The notes under the pieces were generated by a model, which worked only from the letters and a program-made list of their open reading frames with translations, was not told where the DNA came from and ran no database searches. Below, piece after piece: positions 47,201-60,383 of a stretch of DNA of 64,000 nt. The position numbers were made by a program, and so were the translations under genes. This DNA comes from Trypanosoma brucei (Eukaryota). The DNA lies in contig AL929603.2 of the NCBI GenBank assembly GCA_000002445.1, positions 96,001-160,000 of the forward strand. The letters run 5' to 3'. The number at the start of each line of letters is the position of its first letter. The stretch's first letter is position 1.

Positions 47201-48560
47201 AGTTATCAAGACTGACCTTTACAAGTAATCCACCAGTCCCAACTGAATCGAGAGATGGCTCGCTCAGGTGCACATCCTTCATGTGCAATATACGGAGTCT
47301 TGGTAATGCCCACACAACGCCTATCCCTCGTGTTATTCGGCGACAACCGTTAAGGTTCAATTCCTCAATAGCAGTGGCATTGGAGAGTGGATTGATATCT
47401 GTCAGCTGAATACAATAAGAAATGTTCAGCCTTTCAAGCGATCCACAGTCACACAAATCCTTCAGACAATTATCTTCCACAGGAACACCACTCAAGTCAA
47501 GTATACGCAGTCGCAACAACATGCCAAGTGTTCCTATTCCCTTCGTTATGTGGCAATTGCTTAGATTCAACTCTTCCAGTGCTGCAAGTTGTGAAATCGG
47601 TGTTGCGTCCGTGACATTGTTGCATTCAGATACACTCAGTTTGGACAGTTTAACACATGCACTTATTTCCTCCACACAGCTGTCGTCAATATTTGTGGAA
47701 TTTAACTCAAGACACTTTAGGTTAGTTAAGCGAGAGATTTCCCTGATATTTGTCAGTTGCATGGTGTCAGTAATAGCCAACTCCTCCAATGTTCCAACAC
47801 TGAATAAGTGACGGGCGTCATTGTTGTCAATATTGTTGCTCCTGAGACGAAGCCTTTTCAACATATCAAGGTTATTCAAAGATATCATATTCACAAGTTT
47901 ACCATGTGGATATTCAATGCGTAACTCTTCTAACTGTTTTAGCTTACTGACTCCTTGTAAGTCGAAGTTCTCATCCTTTGATAGCGCAATGGTTAATTTC
48001 TTAGCTTGAATGCGGCCACAGAGTGAGGAAAGAGCACCTTCATATAGTCCTTCGTCACTGAAGGCATTATCAGCAGCATTATATAATGTTACTCTATGTA
48101 TGCATTCAGTGTCATCACACACACCACCTTGCCTTTCGCCACTCATAGCTGTGAGATTACTCATGAAACACCTAAGTGCCTTCACACTGCTTTCCAGCCG
48201 TGTCGTTTGTTTAATCAATTTCTTATGCTCATTCAGTAATGATACCACAGTTTCATCATTACTGGCGTCACGCGTCTCTTCGGTGATTGTAATGGTGGTG
48301 AGTTTATTTTGTTCAGTAGTTGATGGTTCCTTTAAAGCTTCTGACTGCTCAGGTGATGAGCTGCGCTGTCGCTTTCTTCCTTGGTTTCCTGACATTGTAG
48401 TTCCCGTTTCCGATTCCTTGAGGTGCTGAGTGTTGAGGAAATGCTTTTTCTTTTTTAATAATAGAACTAAGCGATGAATCAAACGAGGGGGGGAAGTGTT
48501 ATAAGGAAGTAATTGAGGTGCATGCCAAAATGTGTTATGGTCAGTAATCCTAACCTTCAT
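44214..48560 (-). CDS. LRRP: Leucine-rich repeat protein (LRRP, ESAG8-like), 1448 aa, the right-arm paralogue
   Basis: Its length is identical to the left-arm copy and there are no indels. About 92-93% of residues are identical. Differences cluster at residues ~190-330. Confidence 0.9.
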   Translation of the reverse strand: MKVRITDHNTFWHAPQLLPYNTSPPRLIHRLVLLLKKKKHFLNTQHLKESETGTTMSGNQGRKRQRSSSPEQSEALKEPSTTEQNKLTTITITEETRDASNDETVVSLLNEHKKLIKQTTRLESSVKALRCFMSNLTAMSGERQGGVCDDTECIHRVTLYNAADNAFSDEGLYEGALSSLCGRIQAKKLTIALSKDENFDLQGVSKLKQLEELRIEYPHGKLVNMISLNNLDMLKRLRLRSNNIDNNDARHLFSVGTLEELAITDTMQLTNIREISRLTNLKCLELNSTNIDDSCVEEISACVKLSKLSVSECNNVTDATPISQLAALEELNLSNCHITKGIGTLGMLLRLRILDLSGVPVEDNCLKDLCDCGSLERLNISYCIQLTDINPLSNATAIEELNLNGCRRITRGIGVVWALPRLRILHMKDVHLSEPSLDSVGTGGLLVKVSLDNCAGFGDMTLLSSIVTLEELNIQKCADIISGVGCLGTLPYLRVLNVKEVHISSLDFIGIGASKSLLQLTLESFTGLSNVEALANILTLEKLSLHGCTGIDAGIGCLGNLPQLKMLDLSGTNTDNESLRSLCLSQTVVSLNLSHCWKMTNVSHISSLEALNELNLSNCIRINAGWEAIEKLQQLHVAILSNTHITDRDISHFSKCKNLVTLDLSFCNKLLDVTTLSNITTLEELNLDSCSNIRKGLSVLGELPRLCVLNIKGVQLEDSVIGSLGNGNSFVRLSLENCKGFGGVTPLSNLVTLEELNLHYCDKVTSGMGTLGRLLQLRVLDLGRTQVDDNSLENICTCSSPLVSLNLSHCKKITSISAIASLTALEELNIDNCCNVTSGWNVFGTLHQLRVATLSNTRINDENIQHVSECKSLNTLNLAFCKDITDVTALSTITMLEELNLDCCHNIRKGIETLGKLPKVRILSMKECYMGDSDAQQCSILGNSKSLVKLNLERSMGFISVKALSNIATLEELVLDSVCGIYDVLSFSCLPRLRVLNLKYTDINDDVTKNISESKSLQSLNLSHCKWVTDISVLSSLSTLEELNVNFCNGIRKGWESLGKLPLLRVAILSDTNITAKDIACLSSCKKLVKLQFFRCEKLSDVTVVYEIQSLEELIVRKYSDGLKGLNALGTLSRLRFLHLRNARGSDISVESIGTSKSLVRLNIETREELTDATPLSNITSLEELSLRDCGDTLEGAWTLGKLPRLRSLDLGLSDISDNTLDEICLSRFITSLNLRYNFKLTDISSISNLTALEELNLSGCHRITSGWEALSELPRLRVLNLESTSVTTRDGGYYISRCKSLVTLNLESCDMTDASCLANIKTLEELHIGECDELTQGFSALFTLPRLRILNLMDSLITDEDLREIQPPHTIEELNLSYCKNLNDITPLGRIKSIKKLHLSQSHDVRRLREGFRSLLELPCLSWVDLRNVYGWFDVYVELRKKRVHIR

Positions 48561-51500
48561 TCAGCAGTCTTTGGGCACAAAAGAAATGATAAATGTAATG
48601 AGGTTTTTTGTATATATAAAGAAATCAATAAAGTGTGGCAAAAATATACTGTTTATTATTCTCAGTTGCTTACACGCTTAGCAGCCACAAGGGATTAATT
48701 TTATTCTCGTTGTTGTATTTATGAATTACTGACCCAGTGCCTGAAGCACGCAGCAACAGTAGTTTCTGACAGTAGTATCAGGAAGTCTTTGCACTTCCCT
48801 AAACCGGAAGCTAACCTTCGCCTTCACGACCTTCCCTTGCAGAGCAACTAGCATATAATCGTGATGCATTGATGCCGCGGCATGGAAAGTAAGGTGACAC
48901 TTGCCTTCCCTTTCATTGGCTGCAATATTTTCCAAAAGCACGGCACACACAACCACAAAGCTGTTAGAATAATTCCAACCCTCACTCTCTCCACGAGCCA
49001 CCCATCTACGGTAGTGGCCTGAAATTTCAATTAATGTCATTGCGTGAGCCCAAACGCAGTGACAAAACGGAAAGCGAAGACACATGGAAACACCTCCAGG
49101 ATATGACACATACGCTTTATTTACCTCGGCCACAGAAACCAATTGAAACATCTACTGTGAAAACTGAAGGGACAACAGTAATTAGGGAGACATATGGGCA
49201 CTACGGTTTCCGATTAACTGTGGACAGGCGGAAATGTGCTGATTGAGCGTCTTAGATAATCACCGTTACGGGCGGGGAAATTCCATTCCCAAACTTTGCG
49301 TCCCGGTCCCTTTTTCCAGGTATTGAAATATCTCTATAAGAAGCTTGGCACTCGTGTTTGTGTATGCAGTGATTTGTGTTCAAATAAAACGAGTGTAAAG
49401 CACTCATATATACTAAACCGTTAAGGCATCACAAAAACGATATCGACCTAATAAAAAGAATGGTAAATATTGTCATCTTCCGAACAGTTTCTGTCCATCA
49501 TCCTTTTTCATACTCCCTCAAAAAGTAATGAACCTCCATACGCATACACAATATTATCTAGGAGCATTGGAAACAACTCCAGGCCAAGTGCAGTTTGGAT
49601 CAACTTTTTCCTGCTTCTTAAATCATTCTTTAGTATGTTGGTTAATACGAAAATATCAGCCGGGTTGTGCTCTTACATTCTGCATGAAATGGATTCAGAG
49701 CAGCTCAATATATATTTTCCCTGTTTCGCATGCTTCCTGTAGACTATCATCCTCACTCGCAAGATCACGCGCATAACTGTATTTTGTTGCATACACCTGG
49801 AAGAGTGTCTTATAGCTTAACAAAAGGGTAAGCGAAGCTATCAGGTTGAACATACACGGATGCATATGCTTTGGTTTCACATAAGCCAACTATACTGAAT
49901 ACTGGTTGTTGGTTGCTCAAACCATGTCTCCATGTCCATACACCTTACAATAGGTTAACTCCTCAGTCACTTAATGGAGTTGACAGGTCTGATGTACGGC
50001 TGTTCAATGAAGGCATGAAGTATCTGCATTCCTAATCTCTCCTTAGATTAAGTCTCGTAAATACAGTTTCCTTGAAAGAAATGTTTCACCTGTATACAGT
50101 TTATGCGGACACGGGAATTTAAGAGGGAGATTTGGACTCTCATTATTTGTTCCGCATTTGAAACGATTCCGCCATTCCCCTATGCTGCAGTTATGAAGCA
50201 GCACTGTAATCATCATGATGTGACATTATTTGATACGCAGTATTGCCGCTTACTCACAATGCCTTTTTGCAGACCCGTCTCCATTATCATTTTTCGGATT
50301 CGTGACAACCGCAACATGGATTCAAAACAGCTTTACGGACAATTTGCGAAACTGTGCGTGATGATACCGTAACTTTGCCAAACAGAGCTGGCAAACCATG
50401 TTAACGTCAGAAAGGAAACCAGTTACCCCACATCTACTCGGAGTGAGGGGGAAAGGAACTCTCAACAGAAATCACTGTAATGTGCCGAATCCACTAGAAT
50501 GATTGCACATTAACAGATGCTACTATCAAATGCACATCCCAACATAAACGACAAAAATACACAGCGGTCCTATCAGTCTAACGTAATCAAGGCGTTCTGT
50601 CACATGGCTATGATCCATGAGCTTTCATGCTTCAAATAATAAAGGAGACATTGCGTTGTGCTCAGTTTGCATGCACGCGAAGGGATGCAGTAAGGCAGTC
50701 CGGCATTTTTTTACACAAAAAAAGACCACGTGGGTCACCAGGTCTGTTCAACATTTTAATTCTTTGAGTTAACCTTCAGATTCCATTGCTATTCAGAAGA
50801 ATCCACGAAACGGTGAGCTTTACACACCATCCATAATCCCCGATATTCCAGTTGGGAGCAGCTGCTGAGTAGAGGGTGAGATGCCGCCCAGCTCTCCATT
50901 TTCGCACGTTTGCCGACTGCACATGGTCGTGAGGTTCCTTCGGTCGAATAGCTTTAAGATCCTTAATACAAATCGTGTGACCTTCCAAAGGAACAGAGTC
51001 ACTTTGCTGGCGCGTTTGTTAGCTCCATTTCTCATTTATATTTTGTATACGGAGCATACGAGTATATGAGAAATAAAGTACAGGCACCCTACTTTCAACT
51101 ATTCGCAGGATCCACCACTCTTCTAACCATGCATCCAACTCAGGCTTTTAGTCACCACAGACCTCGCTGATATAATGCCTTCAGACTTCTGCACACGTCA
51201 GCATCACTCTGTCGCATTGCGCTCTTTCCTTGAGTTTGAAAAAGTCTCTGAAGGCAGTGACGGGCCCATAACAGTCATGTCTGATTCGTTGCAACAGTTC
51301 CTCCTGTGCCGTGCCGCCATACCACACATGTCATATGCCGTAGGTTTTAGCGGATGGCTGCTCGGGAGTCTTGGCACCGCCCCCCTGCCTTTTTTACTCC
51401 GCCATTCCTTCCGCTGTGCCTTTCACCCCTTCTTTGACATTCACTGCGTTCATATGTAAGCCGCCACTCCACACTTGAAGCTGTCCAGTTTCTGAGGATT

Positions 51501-52208
51501 CGTTGCGGTAGTGACATGCTTCCAAGCGCTGGATAATATTCCTTCCGTCGTGTCACCTGCCGCGTATCCAGCATTTGAGCGTTTGAGCTGCGAGTATTTG
51601 GTTACTTTTATGTGGACTTTCTGATTTGGGGTGGCTGTGGCCTGTTGTTGGTTTTTTTTTGGTTGGCATCCCGCAGCCCTCTGTCCCTAATTCGTTGGCG
51701 CTGCCAGTTGTTGTTTTACGGACAGAAATTCCGGACAGGGTTTCTAAACGGAATTGGACGCTTCTCATATTCGCTGCTCTGACATCGTTATCATATTTAG
51801 TGGTCTCTTTTCTTACATTTCCCCACATTCCACAAACAGCGATGCCTCCCCTTGCTCGCTCACATGTCGCGGTCCATCCACCTTGCCAGTTGGTAATTGC
51901 GGTTTCAGCGCCACAACCCACACATTGTTCCGCTTTTTCTCCCCAACGTTTTTGCTTTGGGGGTGGCGGTAGTTCTTTGCGTTTCAACGCATTTCGGGGG
52001 GTTGCAGCAAAACAAAAAAAAAAAAGAATCGCGACGTCTACATCATATTCTGCCGTCACGGCTCTGTGGGAGGCATCCCTCTCTCGAAACTCAACTGGTG
52101 GTTTCTCCGCATTCCACAAAATCAACGCGACTGATGCGCAGCTGCTCTATTTTAACAGCGCCGCGCCGCTCCTCCTTTGCCGCTTCGTTTCCACCATCCT
52201 GTAGAATT

Positions 52209-52233
52209 GGTGGGGATGGGGGCGGGGCGGGTG
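52209..52233. promoter_or_regulatory. Mirror copy of the GC-box-like island (GGTGGGGATGGGGGCGGGGCGGGTG)
   Basis: This is the right-arm counterpart of 7003..7026. Its G-rich strand is oriented toward the rightward RHS array. Confidence 0.2.
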
Positions 52234-54829
52234 CGTGACAAGTGACTTTCACAATTGGAGTCGGGCATCACGTTTGTTAAATGTGCTTTTAACGGCACCT
52301 AAAGTTAGTGGGGTGACAATGATTGCTGTTGTGTATTTGTATGTACTTAAATGACACTAGCGGCTGGGCTGTAAGTGGTTACGTGTGGTTTCCTCTTTGT
52401 GAGTTTGGAGTCAGCTGGGCAGCAAATATTCGACGCGTAGATATCACCTGTGTGTGTTGATACTCTTAGTTCTAGGCTAGCAGTTTGTTGAAACGGCACG
52501 TGAAGGAATATATTTTTTTCTTTTTCTTTAAATAGCAAATACATTGCTTTGCAAAGGTCTCATGTGCGGAGTGTTTCGTCAAGTGACTTTAACTGTGGGA
52601 TTGAAGCCGCTGATATCGTTTCTAGTGTTGCATGCAGTCGAAGAGCCATTGTTTTTTCTTGCACATTGACAGACGCTCATTTGTAAGAAGGGTTGTGTGG
52701 TTAACTTCTTTGTTCGTTCTTTTTTGAAGGATGTCTGGACCCTGTTGGTGAGGTCTTGATTATTTTCATCCTGTTTTCTTCTGCAAGCATAACTGCTCAA
52801 TGAAATAAGAAAGTTGTTTTGCCGCGGCACCATGGCGAAAATTTAGCACTGACGAGGACAGTGACAGGAAATACGGATTGGTTTCTTGTAATAACTTTCA
52901 CAAAAAGTATCATTTATAAACATGGATAAAAATAGATAGAATCAGAAGAAGTCAAAAAATAAAAAATAAAAAAACACTGAGTAGACTACGGTACAAGCTT
53001 CATAATATATTCCTACGATTCAAAAAGCTAGTTATCCGCTACAACCCATGTATTCTTCTTTTTATTTTTTGTTTGCGCAAAAAGGAAAAAAAAAGGCGAA
53101 TGACATCCTTTGTAGTGCAACAGTGCTTAACATCTGAGACATGTTAATACCGCATTCCGAGTCAAGGGACTGCCGATTACATTTCATCATCACTACACAC
53201 ACACACACAGACATACTAAATATTAGAATGATTATGTTAAGGAGATGGCGCATACGTATATTCGAGTTGTATTAGCTTTACCACATATGCGTGTTATGCA
53301 CCCTTTGTAATTCAAGTGTGAGGGTGGCGAATTATAATATGTGGTAAATATTTGTATCATATATATTTGTGTTTTTATAAGTTTCAATTTTATTTATGTT
53401 TCTATTTTTGGTTAATTTGTGCTTACATCACCAGTAACATCCTTTACTGTTTCCCTGTTTGAACATTTTGTGTTTGCATCTGAAATTCACAAACAAGTTA
53501 TAATCTGTATTAAAAAACTGTGTTCTTTACATTACCTTTTGTTTGATTCTTTTTTTTCCTTTTCCAAAGCTTCATGTAATGATGCAAAATAGAAATAATT
53601 TGATTCTATTATTCTTAGGAGGAGTGTAATATCATAGGTTTGTGATAATTTATATGTTAAGCAATATTCTGTCCAAATTATGTAGGAGGATATATATATA
53701 TATTATTTGTATTGTGACATATGGAATCCTGAAAGCATATGAAAGAAATTGCAGTAATTCTCTGTGAATTATATAAGTGTGGAAAGGCATGAAAGGAGAC
53801 CATGTGAGGAAAATTGGGAACTTATGGATTATAAGTACCATCACATTTCTGTGCAATTCCACCATGTGTTGAATTATACAAAAAGTTTCTTTTAATCACT
53901 GCTGAACTGCAAATATAGTGAAGGAAATATCTCAAAGATATTGTCCCAATGATTTGTTTGTTTGTTTATTTGTGGAAAATAGTTTCGTAATGATGTATTT
54001 GGCAAATTAAAAACTTTATGGATGATTAGTGTACACTGCTACACAAGAAACTGAATGCAGAAGGAAATGAAGTTATTTTTATTTTGTGAACGATATTGAG
54101 GAATCTTATATGTGGAATACTTCCAGCATGAGAGAATAAGAAAATATGTAAAAATGCAAAATGACTTACAGTTGTATTGTAAAGAATAATGAATGATACT
54201 CATGAGTTACAGTAACACAAGAAATAAAATAAGGAAGACACTTCTTATATTAAATTGCAACATGCGTAGTAACACTTTACCAATATGGCTTCATATACCT
54301 CATGTAGTTTATGCATATATTTCAAAAATGGAAACCCGTTGCTATCATTTTCAGATACTCAATATTTATGCGGGATTATTTCCTATTGGAAGCAGCGAGT
54401 TTATTTTTGCAGCTATGAAGTTTGGGTGAATGGATTGCACTCATCTGTCAGTAAATGAATTCGGATGTTATTTTTATTTTTTATTGCATGCAGCTGTCGC
54501 TTTGTGTTATGAATTCTCGAGCATGTCAAAGTTATCATCAGTAACTTCATTCATGCATATAAAAGTGTAATCAGGCATTGGAAATGTAATTGATGGTAGC
54601 AAACAACCATTCAATACCTATTTTTGAAAATGTTATATGAGTTACACTTCCTTTAAATTGTACTGCATGCAATGCCCATCATAACATATGTATGAGATTA
54701 TGTGAATTATTTTCTCTTGCTTAATACGTGTCTGGTTTGAATTGTGAAGATAATGTTTTATATTTATTTTTACTTTTGGTATTTTTTTTAATTTTGTAAG
54801 GTAAGTAAGGCACGTACTATTTTGTATGC

Positions 54830-55276
54830 AACCGAGTATTCTACGTTTTGCATAGCTTATCACTAAAACTATTGTTTCCTATTCCTCAATGTAATGTCAA
54901 ACTATTTTATTTGCTTTTCAATACATATATATCTAAGTATATTATTTTTTTTCTCTCTGAAATGATTGTGTTTTATGAATGGGAATTGTTGTTTGAGTTT
55001 TCCTCCAAACAGAAATGTTTATTCATACTGTCATACCTTATTTGTGCTAAGTTGCTGTGAGTTCTTAACACATGATAAGATTTGTATTGAATCCTAATTT
55101 TAGTAAATAGTTTCCATCTGCCATATTAATTCCTAATATTCATTGATTTTATATTTGATTTGGTTTAGAAACGTATCCATTTTAAATTCTCTCATCTTAA
55201 TTTTTTTCATTATTTATGTTACAAAGAAAGGAAATAACACAACGCACTCAATTAAGATTATTATTCAGAGAGTGAA
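54830..55276 (+). repeat. RHS 5'-flank unit, direct repeat copy 1 (copy 2 at about 59930..60383)
   Basis: Near-identical upstream sequence runs ...TTTTTTTCATTATTTATGTTACAAAGAAAGGAAATAACACAACGCACTCAATTAAGATTATTATTC(A/G)GAGAGTGAAATGAATCA. The flank ORFs 54848..55060 and 59973..60161 share ELLFEFSS.(Q)KCLFILSYLICA. Confidence 0.8.
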
Positions 55277-57022
55277 ATGAATCAACAGGTTCCTATTGAA
55301 GGAAGGGGTGACATTGAGGGAAGGAGACGAGAGCGTGAGGAGGCTGCGCGTAACGATGCGGAACCTCCAGCAGTGCAGCAACGAGTGGAGAATAACAACC
55401 AACCACAATGGAGAATTTTCAGCCGCGTTGACGCAGTTTTGCTGAATGGTCTGCCACATCCTGAAAATGTGAGTGTAAATGATTTTTTGAGGCGTAATTT
55501 ACTCGATATTATCGACTTGGATCAACGTCTCCTGAGAGCATCAATGTTTGCCTTTGTACAACGATGCGAAGAGTATATTAATGATGTTAATGCGCTCAAT
55601 CGAATATTCGCGACACCAGAGTATAAAGTGTACAAACGTTTTGTCAGCGTCTATGGTTTCCTTGAGGATGAGGGAATATTGAGTCTTCAGCGCTGGCAAC
55701 AAGCAGATGAGGTAGTAAAGGCCAGGTTACTGGTGAATATTCGTGGACTGAGAGATGGAGGGCGGCTTTGGATTATTGTCACTAACATGTTGAATGATGC
55801 ACTCGATGAAGCATTGCAAGGAGCTGTCCTAGCAGCTGGTGGTGCTGTCGAACTGAAAGGATTGTATGAATCCATATATAATGCGAAATGGAGTTATGTA
55901 ATGTCGGGTTATCGTAGAGAACCACTTGGAATGAAAGTGTTCGATGGAAGACCACAGCGCATATGGACCGAAGCGGAGGTTGATATAACTCCTGACCCTG
56001 CGAATCTTGATGCACGAGTGCCGGAGAGACCTTATGGTTTAGAGATTTTTTGTTCTCACTTCGGAGAAAGGTTGGCCAAACAACAGGTTTGCATTGGGCC
56101 ACACTGAGGGGTGCAGGGAAAAATTTAAACATGTATATATCCGTCGTGAAATTATGCGCGTGTGGTATATAATCCAACGAGGGTTGCAAGGAAGGTGGTT
56201 GGAAAAGACAGCCCACAGACCACCGATACATATTGTTATTGGCACACCTGGTATTGGTAAATCATTTGGCCTTGGATCATTTTTGCTTCATTCCCTGCTT
56301 CACTTCCATGAAGGAATGTTTGATGTTGTTGCATATTTCACAGACGGGATAGCCTACTTAATATATAACAGAAAGGGTGATGAAAGAGGGAGGGTTGTGC
56401 GGTACGAATGTTTGAGAGCTGCTGTCAACGCCATAAATAATATGAAATTTGAAAACACAGGACACATCATTATGGACATGAGGTACGCAATGCAGCAGCT
56501 TTACACTCAACTTCCCTCTGATGTTTGGAGTGTAACTATTTTCACTTCTCCGAATTGTGTCCGTTTTGATGAATGGACTAAAAATACGGGAGGCCGCCAA
56601 ATTATTATAAACTGCGATGATGTGCGTGACATAAAGGCATTTGTGGCATGGAAAAAACTGTCAATACATGCAAGGGAAAAGGTATTCAACAGAAGAAGGC
56701 ACGAATTGAGGAAGGAAATGGAAGATAAGTGTAAAGAATAGTGGAGGGACGTATTAATTCAATTGGGCTTTTGCCTCGTTATATATTTGGTTTAAGCTGT
56801 TATGAATGGCGTCTGAAAAGAGTTCATGATGCGTTGGAAACTATGAAGAAGTCGGATGAATATTCCTATAATGATATTATTAAGCATACGGCTGCCTGGA
56901 AGAACAATGAAGTTACGGAAAAGTTAGTGAAGGTTGTAAGAGTGAAGGCAGATGTTGGTGGAATCGAATCATACAGTTGCCAAGCTCCATCACTGATGAT
57001 TAGAAATATGATGATGAGTTAA
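55277..57022 (+). pseudogene. RHS: RHS pseudogene with at least two frameshifts across three ORFs (55277..56107, 56094..56741, 56741..57022), C-terminally truncated
   Basis: The translation reads MNQQ...GGAVELKGLYESIYNAKWSYVMSGYRREPLGMKVFDGRPQRIWTEAEVDITPDPANLDARVPERPYGLEIF...YIRREIMRVWYIIQRG...VIGTPGIGKSFGLGSFLLHSLLHFHEG...VAYFTDGIAYLIY. The insertion site after GSFLLHSL is empty. Confidence 0.85.
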
Positions 57023-59140
57023 ATTGTGCTCTTGTGTGTTAATGAAATGCGGCTTTGTAACATATGATGGATTCGATACCAAAAACTGTATTTATACTTT
57101 ACTAATGACTTATGCATTGTATACGTTTCCTTTTTCGAGTATTTCATGTGGTCACAGAATTGTTTGAATTACTTACCGCACGATGGGAATATGTGTTTAA
57201 CAATTTAATTATTATTTTAGTGGCATGAGTCAGTGAATGTTTCAGTTTATTCATTGCAGATGATTGTCTTTGATATCACAGGATTCCATTACTCAAAATA
57301 AATACATTGTGCTCTACAACATCTTGGACTCCAGTTACTTTATTTTGATGGATTTCTTTTGTTTCTTTTATGATGGGAACTGCAGGAATATTGAGGGGAT
57401 TACGGAAGTGCGGAGCGGTATGTTAAAAAATAAAATAAAAGAAAAAGAGCACAACACTGTCAACAGCTACATCGCAACAAAACGAATAAGTTTTTTTTTT
57501 GAGTGAGCATCGGACAATGCCAAATGACATTGTAGAATATTATACAAACATATCTGGTTTCGTTACATTAATTTGAAAGAACACATTGAGATGTGACAGT
57601 TTTTGTTTGTGAAGGAAAACATTGATAACATTAAATTTTGAGTAACATTTTGTTATTTTTACATTCCTCACGTTACAGTTAGTTAAGCATAATTATGTTA
57701 TATTTCCTTACTTTTTATTTTTTTACTTGGAATTTTACTTTTACTTTTATTATTTAATTCTTTCTTTCTTGAGGGTTGTGAAGTTAACTATGTTTGACAG
57801 TAGCACATAACTCACAGGGGTACCCTTATGGTTTCATGCGAAGTTTTTCTTTTCTTCATGTTTCTTTAAAATAAACTTTTTGTTTTTTTTGAGTTCCACA
57901 TGTAGCCGACTAACACTGGCAGAATCATAGGAAGGTTGAATTTAATTATTTTCTCCAAATGAGCAAAGCTATTCATCTGTTGGAAAATGTTTATATATAG
58001 CAATAGAATATATTCTGCAGTGCTTGCTGTATTTTAATTTATTTATATTATTTATTTTATTGCATGTCATTATTTTACAGTTGCTATAATGAAATCATTG
58101 TTATTGTGTCGTTTCAGGATATTGGGTCACTTATCATTTAAAGTAATTTCAAATTATGATTATATTGAAACAAGTGCATGTTAGTGAAGAATATGCTTCT
58201 TTTGATAATTCATATCTTTCTCTCTTTTAATTTTTTCATTTTCAATTTAGTGCTATAGTTTTAATTCCATGCGTATATTTAACAATGTGGTATTGTTCCA
58301 TATGGAATGTATCGCCATGGGTTACCATTCACACATTAGTTACTATATTTATGGTTAAAATGTTTATGGCTGAATGCTGCATTACATTGCTATCAAAATA
58401 TTATGAATTGGAATAAAGTGGGAAAAGAAAGCTTGCATGTAAGTGAAATTATATCAAGTGTTGTATTTCTGCTACTCGTCAACTTGATACATTTTGCATT
58501 TACCCTCCACCCCCCCAAAAAAGAAACACAAGGAGGCGAATAAATATGTTTGATGTATCCAAATGTAACCAATTGTGAAGGTGCGAGTCTCTGTTTATTT
58601 TTTTTGTGTTTTATATTCTTTGAACTGTGACTCTTTATTTCAAGACTCCGGTGTTACGCTGCTGAGTGATCCAAGAAAATAGAAGCAATATATCTGGAGG
58701 AAGTTATTAGTAATTAATTAATTAGTTTGACTCTGAGATAAAATAAAAGGAAACACAACCACTGCTTCTTGAGGAACACAATTCTTTTGTGAAGCCTCTG
58801 ATGTTGTGATGATATATAACACATTTATGGTTATTATATATTTGTATATTCCACGAGATATATTATAATGTTGAAGAAAAAAACAAGGAAGGACTTTTGA
58901 AGGGGTTTTGTATGTTCTGCTGAATAAAATGAATGAGAAATAAAAATATTAGTAGCTTAACATAACATAGAAGGAGTTTAGAAATATTATGATATGTAAT
59001 GCCTAAACTGTCTCACTTACACTTTTTTTGGAAATAGCTACAGTAACAAAAAGAAATTTACAGTATTTATAAGGAATGGAAATAGGCGGATGAAACATTA
59101 GCGGGAAGAGAAGAAAAAAAAGTAAATTATTATTTCTCTA

Positions 59141-59416
59141 ATGGATATTTTCATGAATGTATATTCATTTACCAAAGTTCTTTCCATACTTTTTGCCTCT
59201 CATATGTTTTCCATATATTTCAAATATTTTCTTATATTTGATATATTTCCTTATACTTCATATATTCCCTATGTTTCTTGTTCCCTATATATTCCATATA
59301 TTCCATATTTTCAGATAGAGAGAAAACATTGTAAAGCATTAGTCCATATGGCATACATTTTCAATACTTCTTTTTCACCATTATTCCACTTAGCACATTC
59401 CTCAAAAGAGGCCTAA
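59141..59416. repeat. Degenerate about 9-10-bp (T)CCATATATT-type tandem low-complexity tract
   Basis: ttccatatatttcaaatattttcttatatttgatatatttccttatacttcatatattccctat... seen in the sequence. Confidence 0.6.
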
Positions 59417-59929
59417 TATTGAATTATTATTCCCACAAATATATTTGCTCCCTTCCGTGAGCCTTTCGTTTCGTTTGAGTTTCACCAAGGCAGAAAAGCA
59501 GACGCATGGAAAGGTGCTCCAATACCAAAACAAAAACAAATACCTTTCATTCCTTCATATATATATTTCTTAGATTCATGATCCCATGGTTGCAAGAAAA
59601 AGAAAAAAAACACAGGATCACTTTAATGAAGGATAAAGAAAGTGAGCAGCATTTGTTCGTCGGGTGAGAGAGGTTCCTCTTTGATGTATAAGATTTTATT
59701 TTCATTGGTTTTACTTTTTACGGCGATTATTATTGTATTTTTTGATATCTCGTACTCTCATTTGCACACTGTGTACTCATTCGGAGTGTGAGAGTTGGCA
59801 TTAGAAATAGTTTTTCCACATTAATAAGTAATTACAACGTGTCATTCCGAGTGACGGCTCATGTGAGATTATGCGCAAGTTCTGATAGTTGTTTGTATTG
59901 TTTCTTAATGTGAAGAACCCTCATTATGC

Positions 59930-60383
59930 ACATGAATACCTTTAACCAAGTATTATACATTTTACATAGCTTATGAGTAAAGCTATTGTTTCCCATTTTT
60001 CATGGCAATGCCACATTTATTTATTTGTTTTTGCTTTTCAATACATATATAAATATATTATTTTTTCTGCACTGATGGTGTACAGTAACTTGGAATTGTT
60101 GTTTGAGTTTTCCTCCCAAGAGAAATGTTTATTCATACTGTCATACCTTATCTGTGCTTAAGTTGCCGTGAAGCCCCAACACATGATAAGATTTGTGTTT
60201 AATCTCAATTTTAGTAAATATTTTTCATCTGCCATATTAATTCCTAATATTCATTTTATATTTGATTTGGTTTAGAAACGTATCCATTTTAAATTCTCTC
60301 ATCTTAATTTTTTTCATTATTTATGTTACAAAGAAAGGAAATAACACAACGCACTCAATTAAGATTATTATTCGGAGAGTGAA
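59930..60383 (+). repeat. RHS 5'-flank unit, direct repeat copy 2
   Basis: See copy 1. Confidence 0.8.

Larger units (their letters stand above)
35140..54711 (-). repeat. Right arm of the giant inverted repeat, 19.57 kb. Relative to the left arm it lacks the 4.7 kb ingi interior and a 6.29 kb segment
   Basis: The evidence is the same as for the left arm. The length difference is 10,982 bp. This equals the ingi-minus-RIME difference of about 4.70 kb plus the 6.29 kb left-specific segment. Confidence 0.9.

Noticed and set aside
4521-54711. Possibility that the palindrome is a long-read foldback or chimeric assembly artefact
   Set aside because: The arms differ by 0-5% nt and carry distinct indels: ingi versus RIME, the 6.29 kb segment, and 15-bp and microsatellite indels. 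A foldback artefact would be essentially identical. Only read-level data can settle this.
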